Source: an uncultured Gammaproteobacteria bacterium (GTDB lineage Bacteria > Patescibacteriota > Microgenomatia > Levybacterales > UBA12049). From it: DNA of 64,000 nt. The position numbers and the translations under genes are program-made. Numbering within the stretch: the stretch's first letter is position 1; each line of letters begins with the position of its first letter. This document shows positions 46,736-56,243 of the stretch, piece by piece. The notes under the pieces were generated by a model. That model did no database searches and was not told the DNA's origin. It worked only from the letters and a program-made list of their open reading frames with translations. The stretch lies in contig CAZWXQ010000005.1 of the NCBI GenBank assembly GCA_964637955.1, forward strand, positions 18,993 through 82,992, given 5' to 3'.

Positions 46736-46762
46736 AAACAGCTCCCTTTTGGGAGCTGTTTT
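46736..46762 (+). terminator. Intrinsic terminator
   Basis: aaacagctccc-tttt-gggagctgtttt. Confidence 0.85.
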
Positions 46763-46768
46763 GCTTAG

Positions 46769-46800
46769 TTAAGCAGTTTTTAAGTTTTCTTCTCTAATAT
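46769..46800 (+). promoter_or_regulatory. TTAAG-N6-TTAAG box, 10 nt above the -10 TAATAT
   Basis: ttaag 46769 and 46780; TAATAT 46795. Confidence 0.65.
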
Positions 46801-46885
46801 AGACAAATAAGATCTAAAACTAATTTTCAATATATCCCGTAAACGTATTGAAGAGTTAATTGATCTACATTCAAAAGTGAGTCAA

Positions 46886-46968
46886 TACTTAGATTGAAGA
46901 TCTAAGTATAACTAACTCTAAATCTCTCCATCTAAAGAAGGATCGATAAGAGATTAGTAAGGAGGTGA
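46886..46968 (+). ncRNA. Candidate structured leader RNA, third copy, ending in the SD TAAGGAGGTGA
   Basis: Shares the exact blocks ATAACTAACTCTAAATCTCT and ATCGATAAGAGATTAGTAAGGAGGTGAA with 10015-10076. Shares the ACTTAGAT/ATCTAAGT hairpin with 9921. Confidence 0.65.
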
Positions 46969-46975
46969 ATAATTA

Positions 46976-47461
46976 ATGATAAATAAAAAAATAGTTATAC
47001 CATTCGTAGTATTAGGATTCTTAGCTTTTAGTACATTAGCTACGCAAAGTTATGCTTCTATACAAGAAAACACAGATCCTGAATCAGCGATTGTAGAAAA
47101 AATTGCTACTAAATTTGGACTAAATAAGGTCGAAGTTCAAAAAGTTTTTGATGAACAAAAAACACAAATGCATGCCGATATGCAAAAGAAAAACGAAGAA
47201 AGATTAACTCAACTTGTTACTGATGGAAAAATAACAGAAACACAAAAAACTCTAATTCTTAACAAACATAAAGAAATGCAACAAGAAAGAGAAACTAACA
47301 AAGATAGTTTTAAAAATCAAACTCCAGAAGAGAGAAAATCTCAGATGGAATCCAAAAAAGCTGAAATGGAGGCTTGGGCAAAAGATAATGGAATTGATTC
47401 CCAATACTTAATGCCAGAATTTGGTGGCAAAGGTCATGGTGGACCTAAAATGGGGATGTAA
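46976..47461 (+). CDS. Secreted helical protein (possibly Spy/CpxP-like envelope-stress protein)
   Basis: Signal peptide (…ATQSYA), EERLTQLVTDGKITETQK, TPEERK, WAKDNGID. Confidence 0.7.
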   Translation: MINKKIVIPFVVLGFLAFSTLATQSYASIQENTDPESAIVEKIATKFGLNKVEVQKVFDEQKTQMHADMQKKNEERLTQLVTDGKITETQKTLILNKHKEMQQERETNKDSFKNQTPEERKSQMESKKAEMEAWAKDNGIDSQYLMPEFGGKGHGGPKMGM

Positions 47462-47479
47462 ATTCCACATCCACTCTCT

Positions 47480-47508
47480 AAATACCCCCGTATTTTCGGG
47501 GGTATTTT
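47480..47508 (+). terminator. Intrinsic terminator
   Basis: aaatacccccg-tatttt-cgggggtatttt. Confidence 0.85.
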
Positions 47509-47626
47509 GTTTTGTTACATAAATTATTCTTATTAATTTTTTAAATAGCAAATCTCGACTAAATTAAATATTAAAAATCAAATTACTTCTGAATTTCAAA
47601 ATAAAACAATCTGTTATACTCAAACT

Positions 47627-48118
47627 ATGGGAAAATCTACATCAATTTTTACTAAATCTCTTTTAAAAAAAATTCTTCTTATCTTTTCAGTAATGATTAT
47701 TTGTTTTATCTTGAGTTATTTTATACTTGGCTTAAAAAATAAAAACGAAAAGACTCCAATCGACACTAATCTAGTAATAATTAATTCTGATTCAACTTGG
47801 AATTTAGTACAAAATTGGCGAAAAGAGAATAATCTAAAAGAATTTGAAAAAAGCGATCGCCTCTGCGTTATCGCAAAAGATTTAGCAAACGATACAAATA
47901 TAAAAAAGATTTCCTTTAGAGATAAGTACTGGAATTATCCCTACAAAATAGGTCAGGTCTCAATTTATAATGCTGATTCCGCAAGTGATGTTTTAGAAGA
48001 GTGGATAAATACCAAAGATAATTTAGAAATATTAAAAAAAGATTGGAAATATTCATGCTTAGTTTGTGAAGGAAATAACTGCGCTCAGATTTTTTCTAAT
48101 TTAGAAAAACCAAATTAG
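47627..48118 (+). CDS. Membrane-anchored degenerate CAP/SCP-domain protein
   Basis: LVQNWRKENNLKEF..SDRLCVIA, DVLEEWINT..NLEIL, CAQIF. Confidence 0.6.
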   Translation: MGKSTSIFTKSLLKKILLIFSVMIICFILSYFILGLKNKNEKTPIDTNLVIINSDSTWNLVQNWRKENNLKEFEKSDRLCVIAKDLANDTNIKKISFRDKYWNYPYKIGQVSIYNADSASDVLEEWINTKDNLEILKKDWKYSCLVCEGNNCAQIFSNLEKPN

Positions 48119-48435
48119 TTGGGAAATTTTTCAGCAAATTTAGCAATCTCATTAATTACCGGAAGAATTGCTTTCCCCTTTGGAGTTAAGCCATAAACTA
48201 CAGAAACCTTATCAAGCGTTTCCTCTTTTCTCTCCACAAGACCTTCTTTCTCTAATCTTTTAAGCCTATCTGAAAGAGTAGTGGGATTAAGACCACCAAT
48301 TTCTCTCTGAAGCTCATTAAATCTCATTTCTTTCTCGGATAGATGATTTATAACGCAGAGCATATGAGCCTCAGCTATCATGTTAATAGCATTATCTATA
48401 TCTTGACGGGTAGCATTTAAATTACTTCTAGTCAT
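48115..48435 (-). CDS. HxlR/DUF24-family wHTH regulator
   Basis: MRFNELQREIGGLNPTTLSDRLKRLEKEGLVER...YGLTPKGKA. Confidence 0.9.
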   Translation of the reverse strand: MTRSNLNATRQDIDNAINMIAEAHMLCVINHLSEKEMRFNELQREIGGLNPTTLSDRLKRLEKEGLVERKEETLDKVSVVYGLTPKGKAILPVINEIAKFAEKFPN

Positions 48436-48474
48436 ATATTTGGTATCAATACAGTTTTTTTATATGTATTGACA

Positions 48475-48527
48475 TACTATTCTTTCTATAGTACTATAAT
48501 TATTGTAGTGCTATAGATTATATAGTT
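48475..48527. promoter_or_regulatory. Three overlapping TACTAT-N7-ATAGTA-like palindromes (candidate HxlR operators)
   Basis: 48475 tactat-N7-atagta, 48492 tactat-N7-gtagtg, 48509 tgctat-N7-atagtt. They cover the TTGACA(48469) promoter. Confidence 0.65.
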
Positions 48528-48541
48528 ATTATATCAAAAAT

Positions 48542-49174
48542 ATGAACTCAACTCAAATAAAATACACATCTCTTGCGTCAGAAACTTCAATTAAAAAAAC
48601 AATTGAATCACTCAGTAAAAATGGCTTTATCCCAACAGTTGCGGATTCAGAAAAAGAAGCTTTAGCAGAAATCATAAAACTTATCCCTGAAGGATCGTCC
48701 ATTAACAATGGGACTTCAAAAACTCTTCAGGAAATAGGATTTGTAGATCTTCTTAAGGCAGGGGATCATAGCTGGGAAAATCTACATGAAACTATATTGG
48801 AAGAAAAGGATCCCAAAAAACAAGCACATCTTAGAAAACTCTCAACGATTTCAGATTTTTATCTTGGTAGCGCACACGCTTTAACTGAAAATGGGGAAAT
48901 ACTGATTGCGTCAAATACCGGCAGTCAACTTCCGCACTTAGTATTCACATCTCAAAATATAATTCTTGTAGTAGGAGCGCAGAAGATTACCAAAAACTTA
49001 GATGATGCATTCAAAAGACTAAACGAAGTTGTTATTCCGCAAGAAAACGAAAGAATGATGGGTGTTTATGGAGTCGGAACAACTCATGCAAAAACTCTTA
49101 TACTTCATAAAGAAAATCCTATGATGGGAAGAAAAATTTATGTGATTTTAGTAAAAGAAAGTTTAGGATTTTAA
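48542..49174 (+). CDS. LUD-domain (YkgG/LutC-like) protein
   Basis: GTSKTLQEIG, FYLGSAHALTENGE, VVGAQKI, ESLGF motifs. Confidence 0.85.
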   Translation: MNSTQIKYTSLASETSIKKTIESLSKNGFIPTVADSEKEALAEIIKLIPEGSSINNGTSKTLQEIGFVDLLKAGDHSWENLHETILEEKDPKKQAHLRKLSTISDFYLGSAHALTENGEILIASNTGSQLPHLVFTSQNIILVVGAQKITKNLDDAFKRLNEVVIPQENERMMGVYGVGTTHAKTLILHKENPMMGRKIYVILVKESLGF

Positions 49175-50112
49175 TGAAAGCAGCTCAATATAAAAAATAC
49201 GGCGATACAAGTGCTATAGAAGTTATTGACAATGCTAAGGATCCTGAATATTCTGATTCTCAAATACTGATTGAAGTTTTTTCTTCAAGTATAAATCCTG
49301 TTGAATCCGCAATAAGAAATGGCTACATGCAGCAAATGCTTCCGTTAAATTTCCCAGCAACACTTGGGGGAGATTTTTCGGGTGTAGTAAAAGAGGTGGG
49401 TAAAAATGTAACTAAATTTAAAATTGGAGATGAAATTTTCGGAATTGCTAATCCATTTAAAGGAGGATCCGGTTCAGTTGCTCAATTTGTTACCGCTAAT
49501 GAAATAAATTCTGCTATAAAGCCTTCTAACATTGACCATGAAAAAGCTTCGAGCTTACCCCTGGTCGGAACAAGTGCAATCCAAGCCTTAGAAGAACACA
49601 TTCAGATTGAATCAGGCCAGAAGATATTAATCCATGGAGGTGCTGGAGGCATAGGATCAATAGCTATTCAAGTCGCTAAATCACATGGAGCGTATGTTGC
49701 AACGACCACAAACAATGAATCAATTGAATTTATAAAAAACTTAGGAGCAAATGAAGCAATTGATTATAAAACCCAAGATTTTACAAAAATACTAAAAGAA
49801 TTTGATGCAGTTTTTGATACAGTGGGCGGAGAAATAACAAATAAATCAATTTATATACTTAAAAAAGGTGGTATTTTAGTTACAATGGCTGGCCAAATAG
49901 ATGATAATTTAGCAAAAGAACATGATATAAAAGCTATAACTCAAATGACAAACGGAGACACAAACACATTAAATAGGTTAAAAGACTTGATTGAAACAGA
50001 AAAAATTAAGCCTGTAATTGATTCTGTATTTTCACTAGAACAAGCTAAAGAAGCTTATGAGTTACTTGAAGAAGGTCATACAAAAGGTAAAATTGTTATA
50101 AGGATTAAGTAA
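49174..50112 (+). CDS. NADP-dependent oxidoreductase (MDR/quinone reductase family)
   Basis: SINPVE, GGDFSG, LIHGGAGGIGSIAIQVAK, GHTKGKIVI motifs. Confidence 0.9.
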   Translation: MKAAQYKKYGDTSAIEVIDNAKDPEYSDSQILIEVFSSSINPVESAIRNGYMQQMLPLNFPATLGGDFSGVVKEVGKNVTKFKIGDEIFGIANPFKGGSGSVAQFVTANEINSAIKPSNIDHEKASSLPLVGTSAIQALEEHIQIESGQKILIHGGAGGIGSIAIQVAKSHGAYVATTTNNESIEFIKNLGANEAIDYKTQDFTKILKEFDAVFDTVGGEITNKSIYILKKGGILVTMAGQIDDNLAKEHDIKAITQMTNGDTNTLNRLKDLIETEKIKPVIDSVFSLEQAKEAYELLEEGHTKGKIVIRIK

Positions 50113-50236
50113 TCTTCTCAATCTCTGAGTAAAATATTCTATAGAATCAGAATCAAATCAAATTTACTATTAAATAAATGCACGCTTTAATATTTTCCTT
50201 AAACTTATAAATTTTGGAAAGGTTATAATATATGAG

Positions 50237-50608
50237 ATGGATAAAAAGTCTACAAATTATAAAATTCTTCTAACGTATAAGGGTAAGGCTCTAATGATGT
50301 ATAAATTTAATAGCGCAGTTGATGTCGAAATGCACGATTGGAAATTTATTGGTGGAGAAAAAATGGCGAGAGAAACCTCAGAAGACGCTCTATCAAGAAT
50401 AGTTAAAAATGAAGCAAATATAAAGATAGGTGATGTAAAATTAATTTCAAATAATTTTTATCATGCTAGACTTACTGATGAAAACGTAAATCAGATAGAG
50501 AGAAGCGAAGGACAACTACTAGATTTTTTCACGCCAACTGACTTGCAAAAATTAAAGCTAGATGAAGACACTAGAAATTTTACTTCAAAATACGCCAATC
50601 TAATATAG
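50237..50608 (+). CDS. Degenerate Nudix-fold protein
   Basis: WKFIGGEKMARETSEDALSRIVKNEANI is a partial Nudix box; SEGQ follows. Confidence 0.55.
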   Translation: MDKKSTNYKILLTYKGKALMMYKFNSAVDVEMHDWKFIGGEKMARETSEDALSRIVKNEANIKIGDVKLISNNFYHARLTDENVNQIERSEGQLLDFFTPTDLQKLKLDEDTRNFTSKYANLI

Positions 50609-50612
50609 CTAT

Positions 50613-50649
50613 CCTATAGTTTGATTGTGAGAAGCAAAACTGATATAAT
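50613..50649 (+). promoter_or_regulatory. Helicase promoter with the CCTATAGT element
   Basis: CCTATAGT-TTGATT-17-TATAAT. Confidence 0.7.
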
Positions 50650-50728
50650 AAACACACTGAATAATTAGATAAGAACATCTTATAAACTGTCTCTTTTCCT
50701 CATTTTTCACAATTTAAACATTTTAGTT

Positions 50729-51910
50729 ATGTACAAAAATCATAGCAATCATAGAAATAATAATAGAAATAACCGTGCGAACGGACAAAGAAACCCTGCT
50801 AAAAAACAGGCATATATTGATCCTGTTCTTTTCGTGAATAAGCCTGAAAATGTTATCGAAGCTCCTAGAATTGAAATCAGGCATAATTTCTCAGACTTTT
50901 TAATTGCTGATCAGATAAAAACAAATATATTAAATAAAGGCTATGAAAAACCTACTCCAATCCAAGATCAGGTTATTCCACTAGTTCTTGAAGGACGAGA
51001 CATAATAGGGATTGCAAACACTGGAACAGGAAAGACCGGAGCATTTTTGATTCCACTAATTAATAAAGTTTTATATAACAGATCCCAAAAAGTTTTAATT
51101 ATCGCACCAACCCGTGAACTTGCAGTTCAAATAAATGACGAATTAAAAATTTTTGCAAGGGAAATGAATATCCTCTCGGTTCTTTGTATCGGCGGATCAG
51201 GATTGTCTTATCAAATTGCTAGCATAAGGCGTCCTCATGATTTCATCATAGGAACTCCAGGAAGAATCAAAGATCTTAAGATGCAAGGTAAATTAAATCT
51301 AGCTAACTACAACAACATCGTGCTTGATGAAGTCGACAGAATGATGGACATGGGATTTATTCATGACATGAAATTCATAATTTCTCATTTACCAGGCAGA
51401 AGACAAGGTTTATTTTTTTCAGCAACTATGCCCAAATACGTTCTCCCAATCGCTGAAAGTTTCTTGAGAAATCCAGCAACTGTTACTGTAAGATCACAAG
51501 ATACTTCCATAAATATTGATCAAGACGTAATAAAACTTCAGGGTAGAAATAAAGTAGATGTTTTGCATGATCTTCTAGCAGAAGACGATTTTGAAAAAGT
51601 TATCGTTTTTGGCAGAACGAAGTGGGGAGTAGAGAAACTAAGCAAAACACTTCAGCAAAGAGGTTTTAGAGCAATGGCTATTCATGGAAATAAAAACCAA
51701 AACCAAAGACAGCGCGCAATTGATCAGTTTAAAGACAATCAAATTCAGGTTCTTTTAGCTACTGATGTGGCTTCCCGAGGACTAGATATTGATGATGTAA
51801 CTCATGTTATTAACTTTGATCAACCTGCGACTTACGAAGATTATATTCATAGAATTGGAAGAACTGGAAGAGCCCAAAAAAAGGGAAAAGCCATTACTTT
51901 TATCGACTAA
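50729..51910 (+). CDS. DEAD/DEAH-box RNA helicase (RhlE-like)
   Basis: PTPIQ, ANTGTGKT, PTRELA, DEVD, SAT, SRGLD, HRIGRTGR motifs. Confidence 0.95.
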   Translation: MYKNHSNHRNNNRNNRANGQRNPAKKQAYIDPVLFVNKPENVIEAPRIEIRHNFSDFLIADQIKTNILNKGYEKPTPIQDQVIPLVLEGRDIIGIANTGTGKTGAFLIPLINKVLYNRSQKVLIIAPTRELAVQINDELKIFAREMNILSVLCIGGSGLSYQIASIRRPHDFIIGTPGRIKDLKMQGKLNLANYNNIVLDEVDRMMDMGFIHDMKFIISHLPGRRQGLFFSATMPKYVLPIAESFLRNPATVTVRSQDTSINIDQDVIKLQGRNKVDVLHDLLAEDDFEKVIVFGRTKWGVEKLSKTLQQRGFRAMAIHGNKNQNQRQRAIDQFKDNQIQVLLATDVASRGLDIDDVTHVINFDQPATYEDYIHRIGRTGRAQKKGKAITFID

Positions 51911-51928
51911 TAAATTCTCTGGTAAAGC

Positions 51929-52597
51929 TTATTGAGATTCTAATTGATAAGTAGAAAATGATACACCCAACTCTTCTGGAAAATTTAAGTAAGGCATTTT
52001 AGGATTAAATACAGAAGAATAATTATTAATTTTTGTTAATTCTATAAGGCTGAGCGATGAAGGAATTTCAAGTCTTTCAATTAATCCAGTCTTCGGCATG
52101 AAATCAATTATTTGAATACCATTTACCTCAAATTGAATTAAATGTCCTTTCTCTCCAGTAAGTAAACTTCTTTTTTCAAAGCCAGGAATATCAAATATTG
52201 GCGTGAATAAAAAAGTTTGACCATTAAATTCGTAGTTTGCCAAAAGCATATGATACATTTGACTCTCTATCGGAAAAGGATTTCTTCCTACAATCCCAAG
52301 GGAAATTTGAGGTGTTCCAAAAGTAACATTGTAGTTGGCTTGAAATAATGGGCCATCATCTCCTTGGTCTATTGTCCAACTTACATTATGAACTCCTCCT
52401 TCATGATCCATACTTACAGCAGTTTTAAGTTTTCCATCTTTTTCTACGAAATATCTTCCATTCGCACCGAACTCGTCTTTATACACAAAAAGCCCAGGAC
52501 CCACCTCAACTCTATCTAAATTTTCATCATATTCTTTAATCTGCTGATTAAATAAATCAAAATTTCTTTCAATGGGGGTTGGAATTTCAGATTTCAT
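51929..52597 (-). CDS. Hypothetical acidic protein
   Basis: 222-aa ORF with TATAAT close to the ATG. Confidence 0.65.
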   Translation of the reverse strand: MKSEIPTPIERNFDLFNQQIKEYDENLDRVEVGPGLFVYKDEFGANGRYFVEKDGKLKTAVSMDHEGGVHNVSWTIDQGDDGPLFQANYNVTFGTPQISLGIVGRNPFPIESQMYHMLLANYEFNGQTFLFTPIFDIPGFEKRSLLTGEKGHLIQFEVNGIQIIDFMPKTGLIERLEIPSSLSLIELTKINNYSSVFNPKMPYLNFPEELGVSFSTYQLESQ

Positions 52598-52682
52598 TCC
52601 CCAATTATATTGAATTAATAAGCTAAATCAACCCTCTTTCGTATTTGACAGAGAATTAAAATAAGTTTAAAATCCTTCGACT

Positions 52683-53834
52683 ATGCCAGCAAACGAAACA
52701 GAGCCTATAAATCAGAGTATATTTCCATTTAATGCTATCGAAACACAAAGCGTTCTAGATGAGCTTAACTTTAGTAAAAATTCAAGCGCAAATGATCTGT
52801 GTGAAAGTGAAATTGACTTACTCCTAGCTCAAAATCCTGAAATACATTTCGTAGTTGAGGATGCAATGGCGTATTTTAACAGACCTGAAGATCCTGAGCT
52901 CCAGTCACATCTTCATAATCAATTTCTTTGGGGGAATATAGTCACATATAGATTAATAAGACAAAAGTTGGAGTCAAGTGGGCAATCAATGCCACAATTT
53001 AGCCTAGACTATATAATTGAACATGCCAAAAGATTTGATGAGATTCTAAGAAGCTCAGCGTCTTATGTTGGCCAAGAGGAAATACACTTGCTTGAAAGAA
53101 ATAGAGAAGTATTGGCTTTTGAAAAAGCAGAAGAAGTCTTAGCTAATTTGACTGCAAATGCCATGGAAATTGAGCAAGGAGAATTGAGAGAAAGTTCACC
53201 AGGATATATGGGAATGGTTTTTCAATACCATTTACTTAAAGAGGGCCTTAGAAGATCTGATACAAAAAGAAGAAGTTCTTCTCCAATTCCATGGCTTACA
53301 TCTGAAGAATTTCGAAGGGAAGCAGTTTTTAACAAACACTTGGCAATTATTGAAAAACTTGATGGTTTTTTCTCAAGCGGAACCCATGCAAGATATCCTT
53401 TAGTCAGTTTAGGTCGAAAAGTAGATCTCACAGACGCCTCAATTAATGCTAGCGCAAAAAACCGAAATGTATTAGCTCTATATATTGATGGATATTCTGG
53501 AGAAAATACAAATTTATCGCTTCAAACCTTCCCAGTTTTAGATGAAAAATCCACTAGCTACCTTTTAAAGAAAACACCAGAAGAAATCCTCCCAACCAAG
53601 AAAAGACAACGTGATACAAATGGTGATCAAAGATTAGTAAAAAGAATCTCAGAAGGAGACCTTCCGCTAGTATTAGCTGTGTTAGATTTAGACAAGGGGC
53701 AAGAAGCAATGCAACTTTTTCATTCTCCATCAATAAAACCTAGAGACGCAATCAACTTTATACAAACTGGAGTAATTAGCTCAAGACAAGGAAACGTAGA
53801 GGTAGTAAGATATGAAAATGGCCAATTAAATTAA
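52683..53834 (+). CDS. Hypothetical acidic protein
   Basis: 383-aa ORF with a TTGACA...TAAAAT promoter. Confidence 0.7.
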   Translation: MPANETEPINQSIFPFNAIETQSVLDELNFSKNSSANDLCESEIDLLLAQNPEIHFVVEDAMAYFNRPEDPELQSHLHNQFLWGNIVTYRLIRQKLESSGQSMPQFSLDYIIEHAKRFDEILRSSASYVGQEEIHLLERNREVLAFEKAEEVLANLTANAMEIEQGELRESSPGYMGMVFQYHLLKEGLRRSDTKRRSSSPIPWLTSEEFRREAVFNKHLAIIEKLDGFFSSGTHARYPLVSLGRKVDLTDASINASAKNRNVLALYIDGYSGENTNLSLQTFPVLDEKSTSYLLKKTPEEILPTKKRQRDTNGDQRLVKRISEGDLPLVLAVLDLDKGQEAMQLFHSPSIKPRDAINFIQTGVISSRQGNVEVVRYENGQLN

Positions 53835-53846
53835 TCTAAAATAAGC

Positions 53847-54236
53847 TTACTTTAATCTTTCTAAAACTCCGCGGCGCTTAACTATATTTTTATAATCCCA
53901 TTGAATATCACGAGACTTCTTTAGCCATACGCTCAGTTCTTTTATGTTAATCTCACTAACGTCGTTGTAGCGCTTCTGTGCGGCCTTAAAACTGCCTTCA
54001 ACTTCAAGCCATTCTTCGTCAAATGACTGTCCACTCCAAAAAAGCAGCTGAATGTCATTTTTTCTCTTTGCATACCCCGTAACAGGGTTTCCGTCAAGAA
54101 ACCAAACAGGATGTCCATGCCAGATTTTACTTTCAGCTTCTTTAAGTTCTGAATCAATTTCTTTTCGAAGTAAATCACAAATATCTTTATCAGCAGGCGA
54201 TAGGGAAGAGCTGTAAGAATCAATATCTTTTATCAT
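53847..54236 (-). CDS. DUF1801 family protein
   Basis: ESKIWHGHPVWFLDGNPVTGY..LLFWSGQSF..IQWDYKNIVKRRG. Confidence 0.85.
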   Translation of the reverse strand: MIKDIDSYSSSLSPADKDICDLLRKEIDSELKEAESKIWHGHPVWFLDGNPVTGYAKRKNDIQLLFWSGQSFDEEWLEVEGSFKAAQKRYNDVSEINIKELSVWLKKSRDIQWDYKNIVKRRGVLERLK

Positions 54237-54250
54237 AATGTTTTATTCTA

Positions 54251-55036
54251 CTATCTTGCGAACAATCTTTCCAGCTCTGGAGGAAGAATTTCTTTTATTC
54301 CAAAAAGCTTTCGAAAATCCACTCCAATCCAGGATCTATCAAGTCTCGTATCAGGACTTGTCGGGTTTGCACGAAGCTCTGGAGAAACTAATGAAGAAAC
54401 TATAACTTCTGTATCTATTTTTCTCGGAATTTGAAAAATGACATGATCATCGGCAAGCTTTCCAGATTGATCTATGGTTACCCCTTCAACTCTTATACTA
54501 TCTTCAAATGCTGTGTATTCAAAAGCGATATCATATCCACCTGAATTGCCTGAAACTACCTTATGACTAGAATCATCAGGTCTAAATTTTTCCTTATATT
54601 TTGCATGTTGAAGATATTGAGCTACACCTCCAAATATACCATACCCTACATCGACTAAATCTCCATTTAAGAATGACGCTTGTAATTGATTTAACCCGAA
54701 AGGAAAATCAAAAGACAAATCAGATCCTAACAAATCAGAAACCATACTATCATTTAATAATATAAACAATTCTTGTCCTTCTCCACTTTGACTAATAGTT
54801 GATACCTTACCTTCTGGATCGAAATTTAATCTACCAGTTTGCTCAAAGCCGTATTCTTGAGCTGGGCCATAATACAAACGACTTATGCCAAAATTACTTA
54901 TAATTCTAAATAATTCCGTTGGGTTTATATGAATAGTTTGACCCGCTCGTCCTTCATTCAAATCTAGCTCTATTAAATATTGCTCAAATGGCTTCGGTCC
55001 GGGTGTCATATCTGGATAAAAATCAAATTCCATCAT
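54251..55036 (-). CDS. Hypothetical acidic protein
   Basis: 261-aa ORF with its own promoter. Confidence 0.7.
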   Translation of the reverse strand: MMEFDFYPDMTPGPKPFEQYLIELDLNEGRAGQTIHINPTELFRIISNFGISRLYYGPAQEYGFEQTGRLNFDPEGKVSTISQSGEGQELFILLNDSMVSDLLGSDLSFDFPFGLNQLQASFLNGDLVDVGYGIFGGVAQYLQHAKYKEKFRPDDSSHKVVSGNSGGYDIAFEYTAFEDSIRVEGVTIDQSGKLADDHVIFQIPRKIDTEVIVSSLVSPELRANPTSPDTRLDRSWIGVDFRKLFGIKEILPPELERLFAR

Positions 55037-55042
55037 GCTGTG

Positions 55043-55079
55043 ATTATATTAAAAGCGAGGCTAATAGTCAAACTATAGG
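55043..55079 (-). promoter_or_regulatory. Promoter with the CCTATAGT element
   Basis: Minus strand reads CCTATAGT-TTGACT-17-TATAAT-6-ATG. Confidence 0.7.
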
Positions 55080-55083
55080 TTAG

Positions 55084-55377
55084 TTAATCTCTGCATGCTT
55101 CAAAAACAATTTTTTCCTGTCTTTTATTTCTTATTCCATCAACCAGATCATATATTCCAATGCCTGCTATGAGAACAGTGGTGGCTCCAATATTTCTTAA
55201 ATCTGCACTTGATAGAATATGTCCCGCATAAGCAGTACCAATCCCTGCAACAAGAGTAGCCGGCGAAAGTTTTGTATTTATACGAGATAATCTGCCAGGC
55301 TCTTTTTTTATTTTTGGAAATAAAATACAGTGTTCATAATTTTCATCAATAATTTCAATTTTTTGAATTTCAATCAT
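55084..55377 (-). CDS. Hypothetical small membrane protein
   Basis: 97 aa with two hydrophobic segments. Confidence 0.5.
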   Translation of the reverse strand: MIEIQKIEIIDENYEHCILFPKIKKEPGRLSRINTKLSPATLVAGIGTAYAGHILSSADLRNIGATTVLIAGIGIYDLVDGIRNKRQEKIVFEACRD

Positions 55378-55500
55378 TCATATATGATAAGTTTTAAGAC
55401 AAAGAGGTGCTTTACATTATTCCGACCCGAAGAAGACATAATCCTGAAATCTAGAACTTTCAATAATTACCTCTTGACAAATTTACAAAAAGTAGTATAG

Positions 55501-55521
55501 TTAGTGTCATATGTACACTAA
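55501..55521. promoter_or_regulatory. NrtR operator overlapping the nrtR start codon
   Basis: Perfect palindrome TTAGTGT-N7-ACACTAA with the GT-N7-AC core. TTGACA at 55474. Confidence 0.8.
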
Positions 55522-56203
55522 ACTACCTGAGACAAAGATAAGAAACCTCAAAGAAATAGAAAAACCTGCAGTATCAATTACAGTTCTTATTTTTTCCATT
55601 AACAAAGGGAAACTTGAAATTGTTTTAGTTAAAAGAGTACGAGATCCTTTCCTTGGTTTATTAAGTATTCCAGGAGACATTATTTCAATCGATGATGATT
55701 TAGAAGCAGCAGCTAGGAAAATTCTAAAAGATAAAACTGGAATTCATGATGTTTATCTGGAGCAGCTTTACACTTTTGGAAATGTTAATAGAGATCCTCG
55801 AGGAAGAGTTATTTCTATCGCATACTTCGCATTTCTTCCACACAACAGCGTTGACTTATCACTTGCTCCTGATTCACTGCATGCTTCCTTTATCCCTATT
55901 GAAGATCTTCCGAAACTTGCTTTTGATCATAATGAAATAGTTAATTATGGAGTCGAAAGAATTAAGGGAAAAATTGAGTATAGCAATATAGCACAAGGCC
56001 TTCTTCCTGAAAAGTTTAGACTATCTGAACTACAAGCAGTTTATGAAATAATTTTAGGTAAAAAATTAGATAAAAGAAATTTTAGAAAAAAGATGAATGC
56101 AGTGAACTTACTTGAATCTACGAATGAACTTTACAGAGAAGGAAGTCACAGACCAGCAACACTTTATAAATTTAAAAGCAAAGATTTAGTAATGTTTAAT
56201 TAA
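55511..56203 (+). CDS. nrtR: NrtR-family Nudix-HTH transcriptional repressor
   Basis: YLEQLYTFG..RDPRGRVISIAY, LAFDHNEI, and a C-terminal wHTH (LSELQAVYEIILG..LDKRNFRKK, HRPATLYKF). Confidence 0.9.
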   Translation: MYTKLPETKIRNLKEIEKPAVSITVLIFSINKGKLEIVLVKRVRDPFLGLLSIPGDIISIDDDLEAAARKILKDKTGIHDVYLEQLYTFGNVNRDPRGRVISIAYFAFLPHNSVDLSLAPDSLHASFIPIEDLPKLAFDHNEIVNYGVERIKGKIEYSNIAQGLLPEKFRLSELQAVYEIILGKKLDKRNFRKKMNAVNLLESTNELYREGSHRPATLYKFKSKDLVMFN

Positions 56204-56222
56204 TATTTTTTTACACTTTAGT

Positions 56223-56241
56223 TAGTGTAGGAATTACACTA
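56223..56241. promoter_or_regulatory. Second NrtR operator upstream of the PRTase
   Basis: TAGTGT-N7-ACACTA, ending 2 nt before ATG 56244. Confidence 0.8.
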
Positions 56242-56243
56242 TT

